Notes: generated by a model not told the origin, from the letters alone. DNA of 64,000 nucleotides from the human T2T-CHM13v2.0 reference genome, Homo sapiens (GCF_009914755.1 NC_060935.1), one strand, 5' to 3'; counted from the stretch's first letter, positions 36,410-49,026 are shown. Numbers and translations: made by a program.

Positions 36410-36760
36410 TTATGTAACACATTCTAATAAAATTAGAGGCTTACAACAACAGAAATTTATTTTTTCATAGTTCTGGACATCAGAAATCCAAAATCAGTTT
36501 CAATGTGTCATATCAAGGTATTAGTAGGACTGTACTTCTTCAGAGGTGCTAGGGGAGAAGCTGTTTCCTAGCCTCTTTCAGCTTCTAGTGGCTGCCAGTG
36601 GATTTGTCAGTGGCTGCTTCACTGCAATCTCTGCCTGTGTGGTCACACTGCATTTTCCTCTCACATTGAAGACTGCATTTAAAGTCATCCTGGATAATCC
36701 AGTATAATCGCCGTATCTCAAGGTGCTTAACCTAATGGCATCTGCAAAGACCCATTCTTT
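36410..36760 (-). mobile_element. MLT1C/D-like LTR, first part (resumes at about 38285-38371)
   Basis: 'ggcttacaacaacagaaatttat...ctaggggagaagctgtttcctagcctctttcagcttctagtggctgcc...catctgcaaagaccc'. Confidence 0.8.
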
Positions 36761-36761
36761 A

Positions 36762-37272
36762 AAAATCATTCTATTATAAAGACACATGCATGCATATGTT
36801 CATTGCAAGACTATTTACAATAGCAAAGATATGGAATCAACCTAAATACTCATCAGTGATAGACTGGATGAAGAAAATATGATACATATACTCATGGAAT
36901 ACTATGCAGCCATAACAAAGAATGAGATCATGTCCTCTGCAGGGATATGGATGGAGCTGGAGGCCATTATCCTTAGCAAACTAACACAGGAACAAAAAAA
37001 AAAAAAACAAAGACTGCATGTTTTCACTTAAAAGTGGAAGCTAAGTGATGAGAATACATGGACACATAGAGGGCAACAAAACACACTGAGGCCTATCAGA
37101 GGGTGGAGGATGGAAGGAGGAAGAGGATCAGGAAGAATAAGTAATGGGTACTAGGCATAATACGTGGGTGATGAAATTAGTTGTACAACAAACTCATATG
37201 ACACAAGTTTACCTGTGTAACAAATCTGCACGTGTACCCCTCAGGTTAAAAGTTAGAAAATATAAAAAATAA
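36762..37272 (+). mobile_element. L1PA13-16-like 3' end
   Basis: 'aaagacacatgcatgcatatgttcattgca...gaggatcaggaagaataa...gacacaagtttacctgtgtaacaaa'. Confidence 0.9.
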
Positions 37273-37284
37273 AAGTGAAAATTT

Positions 37285-38280
37285 TAAAAATAGTTAATGC
37301 ATAACAGATGCATATAGTTTTGGGGTACATGTGATAATTTAAAACATTCATATCATCTGTAAAGATCAAATCAATGTACTTGAGATATCCATTACCTTAA
37401 ATGTTTGTCTTTATGCTAGAAACATTGAAATTATTCTCTTCTACCTATTTTGAAATGTATAATACATTACCATAAACTATTGTCATCCAACTGATCTATC
37501 TAACACTAGGTTTCATTTCTCCTATCAACCCATATATGCATACCAATTAATCAAAGACCTTTTCATGTACCTTTTTAAAAATTTGGTTTTGACATTTAAT
37601 AACTGTATATATGTATAAAGTATAGTGTGATGTTTTAATACATGAATACATTGTGTAAAAACCAGAGTATTTGAGATATCTATTACCTCATACATTAATC
37701 ATTTCTTTATTGGGAAAACATTCAAAATCTTCTCTTCTAGCTATTTTGAAATACACAATACAGTATAATCACAAACTACAGTCATACTACTCTGCAGTGA
37801 AATACCAGAATTTATTCCTCCTATCTCACTGGAACCTTGTTCTCCTTGGCCAATCTTGCCTTATTCCTTCTTTCCCCCCATCCTCCCCAGTCTCTGACAA
37901 CCACTATTCTACTCTCAACTTCAATGAGAGCAGCTTCTTCTGATTTCACATATAAGCAAGATCATGTGATATTTGTCTATGTTCCTGGCACATTTCACTT
38001 AAAATAATATCCTCCAGTTCATCCATGTTGCCACAAATACAGAATTTTTTTATGGCTTAATAGTATTCCATTGTGTATATATACAATATTTTCTTTATCC
38101 ATTGATCTGTTAGACACTTAGGTTGATTATATATGTTGGCTTTTGTAAATAGTGCTGCAATAAACATGAGAGTGCAGATATCTCTCAGACATACTAATTC
38201 CATCTCTTTGGCTATATACCTAGAAGTGAGGTTGTTGAATCATCATGGTAGTTCTACATTTAACTTTTTGAAGAACCTCA
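37285..38280 (-). mobile_element. L1MA 3' ends (two tandem antisense fragments: about 37285-37570 and 37575-38280)
   Basis: 'ttttggggtacatgtgataattt', 'ctcttctagctattttgaaatacacaata', 'gtgctgcaataaacatgagagtgcagatatctct'. Confidence 0.85.
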
Positions 38281-41004
38281 AAAAAATACCCTTTTTACAT
38301 ATAAATTAGCATTTCCAGTTTCTAGCCATTAGGTTCTGATATCTTTGGGTGATATTTTTCTGTCTATGACACCCTCCCTCCCACATTACTCTATTGCTCT
38401 ACTGCCTAGAGGTGTCAGTTCATGGTCATACATTGCAAAATTCTCCAGGGCCTTGACTTTTTTTAGGCTACTACATATCTCTTCTAAGCCTCCAGGGCTC
38501 TCCTCCCTCCCCATAGTATGAAAATAATTTTGTTTCACACTTTCTCTTTTTTTACAGGGTGTTCTCACAGAAGAGCTTCTAGGGCTCCTAATTAGAGAGC
38601 TTTTTCCTTTATACCAGAGACCTGCCCATGTGAGATGAGTCACAGAGACAAGAAGGAATCCAAGCTGGATCTAGAATTACTAATCCCCCTATCATCCACG
38701 TTCCATTCCTAAGTCAGGGATCATTCTGCTATAATGTATTGTTTCACATAATGATTTTCTTATAGCTGTGTGTTTGTCTTTCCCAGTGCCAGGCTTTGTT
38801 CAGTCCCTCGATTCACTAGAAATATGTAAGAGTAGAGAAATCCTATTTGCCAGTAGAGTCACTTACCTTCTTATACTGGAGAGAGATTATTCCCCTTATC
38901 CCCTGCCCCACCACACACACATACGATGGAGTGCTGTTACAAGAAAAATAAAGCAGGTCATAAGTGAAAAAACATCACATGGGAATTCCATACTAAAGAC
39001 CATTTGGTGAAAGCACTATGCTAGGTATGTTATGTTTGGCTACATCCTCTCACTTATTTTTTCTGGGGTTAATTAGATTGTTTTGGTTGCAAAAAATTAA
39101 GAGTTACTCGAGTAACCCAAGCAATGAATATTTATTGAATGGTAACAAATACTTTACAGCTAAATTACTGCAGGCATCTTGTAGAAATAATTAAGACCTT
39201 AGCTGTGCTTCCAGGCCACATCAAAATGAAGATGGTTACACAGCTATAAGCCTACAAAATCGTAAGAAAATCACAAGAAAAGATGCATAATCAGAATTAT
39301 AAAAACAATAAACAGGAAAGGATGTATAGTAAAAAGTTAAAGAGAAAAACCTAGCTTAGCAACTGAAAGGTTAGTCTGTATTCTATATATATCTTTTGAC
39401 CTCACTGGCTCTTCTTTACCTGCATAGAAAGAGTTTGCCAATGCCCACTCTGGTGCTCTGTCATTATCCCAAGTAGGCTATTCATTACGTATCTTGGCAC
39501 ATCTACTTGTGGCCCTTCTACCAATCTCCAAACTATCTTTATATATTTCAAGATATAATTCCTCCAGGAAGAGGATTGATCCACCAAGTGTCCATTGGAC
39601 TTGTTGGGCAGAGCTTTCTTTACAGCTCACCTCCATGGACCTGCAGACTGACTTTCTTTGGGGTAAGTGTCCATTTGTGGACCAATCAGCTATGGATGGT
39701 GAGGCCATGTGGTACTGGCCAGCATCATAGATGATTGTAGATGATTAAATTGAAGACCACAACAAATTGGAGATGGGAACCTCATAGAAGGTGAATTTGA
39801 GTGTGGAAGGTATGTAAGTCTTAGCCTATGGAGGACACCTACTTGCTCAGAGACCATGGAAATGAGCCCCACATCATTGGCATTTGAGCTTAGTGCAAAG
39901 CTTTCTTTCCCTCTCAGAATGACAGCAGGAGAGCTCGGTTATATAACGGATGTATCTGGAGACTAGTAACCATGCACACACAGTCTGACCCTGCCTGGAA
40001 TGAGATCCCCAAAGAGACAACTAGGTAATGTGTTAAACCTTTAACATGAGCCAAGGGCTGAGTCAGCACTGAGGTAGCCACTCTCCTTGGCGCTGTTAGA
40101 TACACATGGCAAGACTTCATTCTCATCATGTTTATGGCTCCAGCATTGCCTAAGGGAGTTATAAAAGCTAGTAGCGGCCTGTGTAATTTTTTCTGGCATG
40201 GCTAAGAGAAAAGCCTTGAACTTGGAGACTGATCTCTGGGTATAAAGTGGTAATGGGCGATCATTCACACCTTTCCTTCCCAGCTGCATTAAATAACACT
40301 TTGGTATTCAGCCATAATTCACAATCTGCAGCGGCTGTGTCAGAGGGAAGGGGGACGTTCATTCACTGTTTGACTGCAATTTCAAACACAAATGCAGTGA
40401 GGAATAGTCTTGCTGAGCCTAGAGAAATTATTATTCTAGATGCGGCTTTTTTAATTTGTGCAAATGTTGGATCCTGTACTTACAGAAAAAAAGGAAAAAA
40501 GTGGCTGTGACCAGGCAGATGGTTGCATCTTCGAGTAGTGGGGATAAGGCACAATTTTCCTTTAATGAGGTGATTTTTTTTTCTGCTGAAGTCTTGAACT
40601 CTGAAAAAGAAAATTGTGTTTGAACATATAAAAGGAACGCAGATGGAGTGTCCTCAGTGAGGTGTTAAAACACAAAGTCATTCCATTTCTGGGAGACGTA
40701 ACACATAAATTTGCAATCTCAAATGATGGCAATGTCTCTGGGGGTGGGTGGGACTGCTGTCCTTGTGAAATGCCCATCCTGTCCCTGAACACTTGGGCTC
40801 AGGAGCACTAGACATTCAAGTTCATGGCAGAGAAGACATGCCCCTCCTGTACATTTCCAGAGCAGCCCCTTCTAATAAGCCACATAAGGTAAAGGAAGAG
40901 AAAGCAGAGGTCTGTGAGATAGAGGAATGGATAAAGAATGTTCTTTCCTTGGCTTCTTGGAGCTAAATTGAGAACAAGTGAAAACCATTAATGTCTGATA
41001 TGCA

Positions 41005-41240
41005 TGGAGGCAGTATAATACAGTTTAATATTAATTATTATTATTATAGATTTCACAGTCAGGTAGGCTTTGATTTGAATTCCAGTCTCTCATTTCCTAG
41101 CGGAAAGACCTCAGACAAGTCACATTAGTTGTCCCAATTTTGGTTCCTTCAACTGTCAGAGAATGATATTAATACGTACAAGGTGCTATGATAATTAAAT
41201 TGGGTAGTGTCTGTAAAGCACTTAGCATAGTGCCTAAAAA
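41005..41240 (+). mobile_element. MIR remnant
   Basis: 'tttgaattccagtctctcatttcctagcggaaagacctcagacaagtcac...tgtaaagcacttagcatagtgcct'. Confidence 0.75.
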
Positions 41241-41259
41241 AATGAACGTGACCTAGCTC

Positions 41260-41770
41260 AGCATGAGCTGACTCCTGCCTTTCTTGCCGGCCTCATCTGA
41301 ACCAATTTCCTAATTTGTCTCTACCCTTATGACACCCTGGCCTTATTTTTTTGTTTCTCAAATCCTTCCGGCTTTTTCTAGTTTATGAACCATTGACTGT
41401 AATGTCTCTACTGCATAGTCTCCCAGTCTCTAACACTTCTGTTGCCAGTGTAATGTTTTTCAACATTTACTTTCACCTCTTAAATGAGGTTCCTCAAATA
41501 AATACATCAGTCTTTCTTTACACAGAATACGTGAGATTGTGATTATGTGTGTGTTTTGTTTTTTCTTAGCACCTTGCAGTTTTCTGCCACTGCATTTATT
41601 ATAGTTTTAGTTATTATATAACTTGTCTTTTAAAATGTTAGCATCTTGTGTTGAACTGAAAGCTTTATGAAGGAAAAAAACCTGCGTGGTCTTATTCACC
41701 AGTTACCTCCAGCCCCTGTCACAGTAACTAGTACCCAGGAGTTATTAAACCTTGTGGATTAAGTGATAAT
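41260..41770 (+). mobile_element. L2 3' remnant
   Basis: 'gaactgaaagctttatgaagga...tcttattcacc...tccagcccctgtcacagtaactagtacccagga'. Confidence 0.55.
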
Positions 41771-41953
41771 TCCATTCTCTGAATGTGAATCACAGGAAGA
41801 AAATCAGTGATCATTACCCACCTGGAAGGATGAGACGGCATCTGTGTAGCAAATGGGAAATATTTTCTGGGTCCAGACAAGCGATCATGGTCCTACAAAG
41901 AACAGAATTGCATCTCTGTTTTCCTTTTCCTTCTTCTATTTCTCAATGTATAG

Positions 41954-42319
41954 TGTCTTAGTTTGAGCTGCTTTAACAAATAGTCACAGACTGGGTAGTT
42001 TAAACAACAGAAATGTAATTTCTCACAGTTGTGGAGGCTGGAAGTCCAAGATAAAGGTGCCAGCAGATCTGGTGTCTGTTGCAGGGTGGCTTCCTGGTTT
42101 GCAAATGCCCATCTTCTCATTGTGGCCTCACATGGCAGCGAGCAGAGACAAAGAGCATCTTCTCCTGTCTCTTCTAATAAAGACCTAATCTAATTCATTA
42201 GTGTTCCACCTTCATTAATGAACTAACTCCCAAAGTCCCCACCTCCTAATACCAGCACATTGGGGGTTAGGATTTCAATATATGAATTTCGGAGGGACAC
42301 AAATATTCAGTGCATAACA
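41954..42319 (-). mobile_element. MLT1A-like solo LTR
   Basis: tgtcttagt...cataaca termini; 5-bp TSD tatag/tatac. Confidence 0.9.
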
Positions 42320-42929
42320 TATACCCAACACAAGAGAGTCAATCAGAATGCACGGGCCCTTTACAGATAGGCCAGTTCTCCTGACAGAACTCGCACATGT
42401 TTCTCAGCCCAATTTTGATTGTACTCATTGATTTGGTAAGACATGGTCCAAAGGGTTTTCAGGAAGATTCAACATATCTGATAATGTGGCTATGTTCCCA
42501 AGTAGATATTTTAATTTCAGGACCATATTTAACTGTGAAATTTAGCTTCCTCAATGCCAAAAGGTAGTTCATACAACTTGACAAAAATCAGCCACAAAGA
42601 CTCAAACTCCTGGTGTATACACATTCTACTATTATATGATTCTCTTGGAAGAAAGGTGTGTTTTCTTGTTTCTGGGTCTCCAGGGCCTGAAACAGTACCT
42701 AATATACGCTGGCACTTCATACATTTGTTGAATGAGTGAATGAATTGCTCAAACATAAGCTGATAACCCACATTGCAAGTATATATGGGAAACAAATTTA
42801 TTGAGTGTCTGTTGCAGATATGTTTCATTTAGTAACTTATTTATTTCATACAACAATCTTACTGAAATGTAGCCCCTATTTACAGATAAAAATTCTGACC
42901 AAATCTGTCTTTTATTAAGCACAACACAG

Positions 42930-43360
42930 AGCTGGTCCCAGACTTCACGGAGTGTAAGAAAGATAATTACAGTGCTGCCTGGGGAGGTCTAACGTAGAAA
43001 TTATATTGAGAAACTCTCTGTAAAAGAATATAGGAGTCCGTGAAAGAACACTTAAAATCTCCATGGACAAGATACAATTTTTGAAAGAAGTAATTTTATT
43101 CTGAACCCAAAATAATGAGAAGCAAATACTCAGATGACAAGCAGTAGATGAGATTTCCAGAAACAGAAAACAGCTAATGTGAATGCTTGTCTTAGAGGTT
43201 TGATTGGCAAACCTGAGAAAGACACAGAATGTTGGTGGGGATGGAAGGTAGAGCTTACGTGAGGAGCTGTGAGAGATTAGGCTGGCAGGGACTGGACTCA
43301 CAGCAGTCCCATAATCCTAAGGTACAGAAAAACTATTACAAGCTTTTGAGCCAGGAAAGT

Positions 43361-43401
<41 letters not shown>

Positions 43402-43580
43402 TAATTTTCCAAAATTATATTCTGTTATAGCATTGAAAATGGATTGAGGAAGGGTACAACTGCAAGAAGTAAGTGAGGGCCAGAAACAAAGGATTCCTCA
43501 GTAAGAAATAAGGGTGGTCCACAATAAAGAAGGTAAATTATCTGGGATGGGGGATACGGATATATTTTGGAATATTCAGA
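42930..43580 (-). mobile_element. L2 remnant containing (TA)n at 43364-43397
   Basis: Purine-rich antisense L2-like tract with a TA microsatellite. Confidence 0.5.
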
Positions 43581-45674
43581 AAAGAATCAACACCTTGTGT
43601 GGTGGGTATTATGTCTAATTTATAGATACAAGATTCTAAGGTAAATGGAGGAAAATTGATGTGTCTGATGTGTCTGAGAACAGAGGGGGATCTCAAGACC
43701 AGGTAGCCCCCAGAGCTTAACTCTTCTCACCATGTGAAACCGTCTCCCAGTAGCCTAATGACCCAGACCTGTGAACTCTGTCATCTCCAACAGAGACCAC
43801 CATTATCCACAACACAGCTTGAGCCTTCTCTGTATGGCAATCACACCACCTTCTGTTTCTTCCCCTTAAATATTGGCTGTTGTGCAAAGCACTTCAAATT
43901 ATTAAATGCAAATTATCTTAGAAAATCGATTTCAGGATGCTTAGCCAGAGACTTTATTAAGCAGTTATTGATTGAAAGCAGAAAAGTTAACATGCAAATC
44001 AAATCTAGATTACCGGAGTCTCTCTCACACACATCTTCTAATACAGAGAGGATGCTGCTACTTAAAAAACAAACAAAAATGTTCCTTGTTGGCACCTCAG
44101 AAGCAAGCACCTCTTTGCTTATTTGTTTCTCTCCTTGACAAAAATAAACAAATCTTTAAAAACATAATGAGTCAGGACATTCTCTCTGTGGTAAATAAGT
44201 GGCTCTAAGGGACTCCAGAAGGCCCCTGTTGAGGGTCATTACCCCTTTGGGGCCCTCTGGGAAGCATTCAGTAAATAATTGCTTCCCCACCTTACATGGA
44301 CACCCCAGTGTTCTAAGCATGGGCCAGGGCCAGAGAGTAACTTCTAAACTGGGAGGATTTGGCTGATTAACTTTCCATTAAACGTTTCCCAACTCCATGC
44401 TGAAACTTCAGGGATCAAGCTGAGAGCGGAGAAAAAAGTAACAATCTGAATGCTTGGCTGGTAATTAACATCACCAGGTGACAAATCAATACTACCTGGC
44501 TGTTCCCATAAACAATGATAACAGGGAGGACTAGACTTCCAGCCTTTAGCCTCCTGGTTATTTTTCTGTGGCTCCTATTGCTTTAAAGACAAAAGGTGAA
44601 ACAGGGCCGGGTGGTATTTCTTCAGCTGTAGGTGGTATTGAGGTCTAAAAATGCAAACAGGTATTTCAAAGAAAAGAGTTTTGGCTGAAAAGTAAATACG
44701 ATATAACCTGGAATGTTGAACAAAAATGTGAATTTAGGTGAGTGGTTTTTCAATGTTAACATATATAAGAATAACTAGATGATTTATTTATAAAGTAGAT
44801 TTCAGAAATTAAGTTTCAGGAGTATTCATAAGTTTTCCAGGAGATTTTGGTGTGGGTAGGTCACAAATTACATGTGAAGAATCATGTTAAATACACAACT
44901 GTTTCATTTATTAGGTAGTTTTATCCAAAAAACTTAACAAGTATTTGTTTCTTAACAACTTATAGCTCTCTGAAAAAGTAATGCATATAATTTCCAAGAA
45001 AAAGTGATGTTCTTCTTTCTTAAATGACCACAAGTGGTGATTGCTAATGGGAGGTATGCACGTGTGGGGCACTGCCCACCTTTTCAAAGCTTGCAATGAG
45101 GTCAAGACACTGCCCTCCTCATTTCCTGTTTCACATTGAAACATGGGGTTTCATTTTTATCCCAGCAACTGCTGAAAACTCAGCTTCCCAAAGATATGAC
45201 AGCATTGAAGCGAATGTAAAGCAAACTAGCAATTCACACTGTGCCTGTCAGAAATGAGTATCACTTGGTTTTCCTAACAAGTTAAAATGTCCCAGTGTGT
45301 CCCTGGAATTTGGTGTAGCATCTCAATGTGCCTCAGCACACACCTTGGGAATCATGGGTGTAAGCAGCAGTAAAACCAGGCAGATTAGATGGGCTCTGAC
45401 CCCCAGGGCCTATGTTAATTGGCAGATAATGGGCAGTTGAATGGAAGTTTGAGAATGAGGGATTGCCCATCCTTTTGGAAATAGAAGATGCTTTTTAATT
45501 TCAGGGCAAATGGTCTCTAGCATTCTAACTTGAGGCTTCTCAGTAAGCCTAACTGGAAGAATTTGTTACTAAATGGTATGGTTTTGTTAAGCCTAAAGAA
45601 CTTTTAATTTAGAAATGCTATTTCTTTTCTGCATACCTACTGCGATGACTCGGGAAAATAGTAAAATACATACA

Positions 45675-45850
45675 TTAGCTTATTTAATCTGCCCAACACA
45701 TCTATGAAATATCGTTAGCCCTATTTTCTAGTTGAGGAAGCTAGAAATCAAATTGGCTAAGATACTTACCCAATATCCTACAGAGAGTAAATACTGCAGT
45801 GAGTCCCAGAACCCGTGTCTGACTCAAAAGCCCAAACTCTTTCCTCTATA
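45675..45850 (-). mobile_element. MIR remnant
   Basis: 'cttatttaatctgcccaaca...ctattttctagttgaggaagctag...cagaacccgtgtctgactcaaaagcccaaactctttcc'. Confidence 0.75.
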
Positions 45851-45975
45851 AGCAAGGGCTTCAATTTTGAGAGAAAGCTACTTCTCAGGTGCCCACTATG
45901 TAGATCTGGAAGGTTCAGTTTGAGATTCCAATAAATTCCAGGTATAGATAACTCCCCTCTGACACCCAGATTTTT

Positions 45976-46197
45976 TTTTTAGTTAAGTTATTTGAGTAAA
46001 TCATGTTATCACCTTATCTTATTGGGATTTAGTTCTTTTATCTACTTATGTTTACATAAAATAATGTTATCTGTGTTATTCTGTCAACCCAGGTCACTTA
46101 AAATCATCAGATTTTCATTGAGCCTTAAAAATGTCTCAAGCACTAAACTATGGGTGACAAATATATGGATTAGAAATTCTCTACACACTGGATGCTA

Positions 46198-46238
<41 letters not shown>

Positions 46239-46634
46239 AGAGAGATATATATATATATAATTGGAGACACAAAAGGAGATGCAGTTTCATTGTGCCAGGA
46301 TCAATAAAAGGGGATTTTTTTTGTCCTATTTTGTAACTTATACTAAAACAGACACCACTCCTCATATCTTCTGTGCTTCTACTAATTTACTACTCACACA
46401 AACAGTTTTTAGCACCTAGTGTGTAGAGAATTTCTAATCCATATATTTGTCACCCATAGTTTAGAGCTTGAGATATTTTTAAGGCTCAATTAAAATCTGA
46501 TGATTTTAAGTGAACTGGTTTAACATTAGAATAACACAGATAGCATTATTTTAGGTAAACATAAGTAGATAAAGGAACTAAGTCTCAAAGAGATAAGGTG
46601 ATAACATGATTTACTCAAGTGACATAACTAAAAA
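45976..46634. repeat. Long inverted repeat (arms 45976-46212 and 46395-46634, spacer about 180 bp)
   Basis: Manual alignment: 19 substitutions plus one 3-nt indel over about 237 bp; longest perfect stretch 47 bp. Confidence 0.97.
46203..46259. repeat. Compound microsatellite (TG)n(GA)n(TA)n
   Basis: Directly visible at the inner edge of the left IR arm. Confidence 0.95.
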
Positions 46635-47714
46635 GCTGAACAATTTTTTGAGAACCATTTATAGCCATTAACTGTTCTTTTTCCCCTATTTTTAAAAATT
46701 TGTTTTCAGAGCGTTAACTATGTGTAAGTGGTTGAAGGAAACATAGAATCCATAAAAACTCTTACCTAAACATAATGCTCTAACCTAACTAAAGGTTAAA
46801 GAATCTAAGGAAACTTTGTGTTTAGTACCACTAAAAACACACAAAAGTACTGATATTCATAGATTTTTAGGGCCTACAATTGTCCTTAATGTTATTCAAT
46901 ATTAAATACTCGTATTAGCTACTGTTATTATTAAAGAGTATTTAAATCTCTAACTCAAAATATATAGATGTTATTTGTATAGATAATGACATAGATATGC
47001 ACACAGATATACATATCGAGTTAAAAACTGTCAGTGTTTTCTCTTCACATTCTGGGATTTCCCTAATATTTTAGTCATATTGATATGTCAATTTCCAAGG
47101 CAGGAAAAAGCAAGGAAGCAATTATTTTAATTATTTTCTGTTAGCTTTCTGATCCCAATTACTAAAGAATGGTATTAACCTGAAGTATTTATTTATTCAT
47201 GTGTGTGTGTGTATTTATATATATATATATATAAAATATAAGTATATATATTTACATACACCACTGTTCAATTGATATGTATATATTGAACCGTGGTTTA
47301 CAGAGAGTGGGGACGAAGGGGAAGAAGCATTGATTTTGTTTTGGTAATTTTCATTTCAATTTCCATTTCATTATTAAGCAGAAAAACGTGCACATTAAGC
47401 TGAAAACATGAGTGACATAATTCTCTTTAGTACTACAGAGGTTTACATTTTAACATTTACTTGACTGTGTTTATGCTCCATGGATAAATGGGTAAGTGGT
47501 TAAGAGAGCACATACAGAAATTAAAAAAAAAATATTATGGTATCTTCAAACCAGAGAAGGAGAAAACATTTAATTACAGAGTGAAATTGCTGCTGTTTTG
47601 ATAGCTGAAAGTACAATCTTCTACCTCTAAATTATATTAATTAGAAGGTGGAGGTTTTCAGCCCCTATTACACGCTCAGCATGGTGCTTGGGTTGGGGGT
47701 TCAGTAATAAACAA

Positions 47715-47930
47715 GAAAGATTCAATTTCTTGGCATTTGCGGCATCACTTAGTTTTATACAATCCTCACAGCAGCCTCTGTAGGTAGATCTTGTCTTCTT
47801 CATTTTACAAATGTGCAAACCAAATTCAAGGAGGTGAAGTAATTTGTCTATGATCACATATGTAGGAAGTGTTGGAGTCGTAACATGAACTCAAGCCTTT
47901 TTTATTTTGAAGTCTAATTATTTTCGCTAT
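47715..47930 (-). mobile_element. MIR remnant
   Basis: 'aatcctcacagcagcctctgtaggtag...cattttacaaatgtgcaaac...aggaggtgaagtaatttgtc'. Confidence 0.75.
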
Positions 47931-48242
47931 ACTTGGATTCCTCTCAGTCCAGACATATTAAAGATAAACAACTAATTACTTATTAATTGCTTCTCAATCT
48001 TTTTTCAACTTAGACTGGTTTCATAGATAATTTTACACTCTCTAGAAAACACGATAATCTTAACTTTGAATATAGTCTAATATTACATATGATAATGGTA
48101 ATCACTCATTTCAGAAACCATAGGATTCCCTCTAACTTTTTACATCTCAGGTTTATCACCATTAGGCTTGCAAAAGTAATTAGGAAGAATCACCATGTTC
48201 CATTTATACCCCCATTTCAAACAATTAATGGTGTAGAGCTGT

Positions 48243-48637
48243 TGTATTAGTACGTTCTCACATTGCTATAAAGAACTGCCTGAGACTGGGTAATTTATAA
48301 AGAAGAAGAGGTTTAATTGACTCACAGTTCCACAGGCTGTATAGAAAGCATGGCTGAGGAGGCCTCAGGAAACTTACAATCATTGCGGAAGGCCAAGGGA
48401 AAGCAGGCAAGTCTCATTCTCACATGGCGGGAAATGAAGGAAGAGAGAGAGAGAAGGGGAAGGTGCTACACACTTTTAAACAACCAGATCTCATAAGAAC
48501 TCACTCCTTATCATGAGAACAGCAAAGCGGAAATCTGCCATCATGATCTGATCATCTTGCATCAGGCCCCTCCTCCAACACCGGGAATTAGAATTCAACA
48601 TGAGATTTGGGCAGAGACACAAATACAAACCATATCA
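48243..48637 (-). mobile_element. MSTA-like solo LTR
   Basis: tgtattagt...aaaccatatca termini; TSD gctgt/actgt. Confidence 0.92.
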
Positions 48638-48686
48638 ACTGTCTTTTCTAAATTCTGTCCCCTGATCGACTACTTCATCCTCATCA

Positions 48687-49026
<340 letters not shown>

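Noticed and set aside
38540-38635. Strong splice acceptor at 38557 with a possible 72-nt exon
   Set aside because: The donor is weak and there are no supporting neighbouring exons; isolated acceptor-like tracts (also near 32009 and 35063) are common by chance.
39400-39910. Cluster of overlapping short ORFs
   Set aside because: No protein homology is recognisable; part resembles a degraded MaLR/ERVL LTR-type sequence.
45976-46634. Inverted repeat explained as two independently inserted MIRs or an Alu pair
   Set aside because: Arm identity of about 92% far exceeds that expected between independent MIR copies, and most of each arm is not recognisably MIR or Alu.
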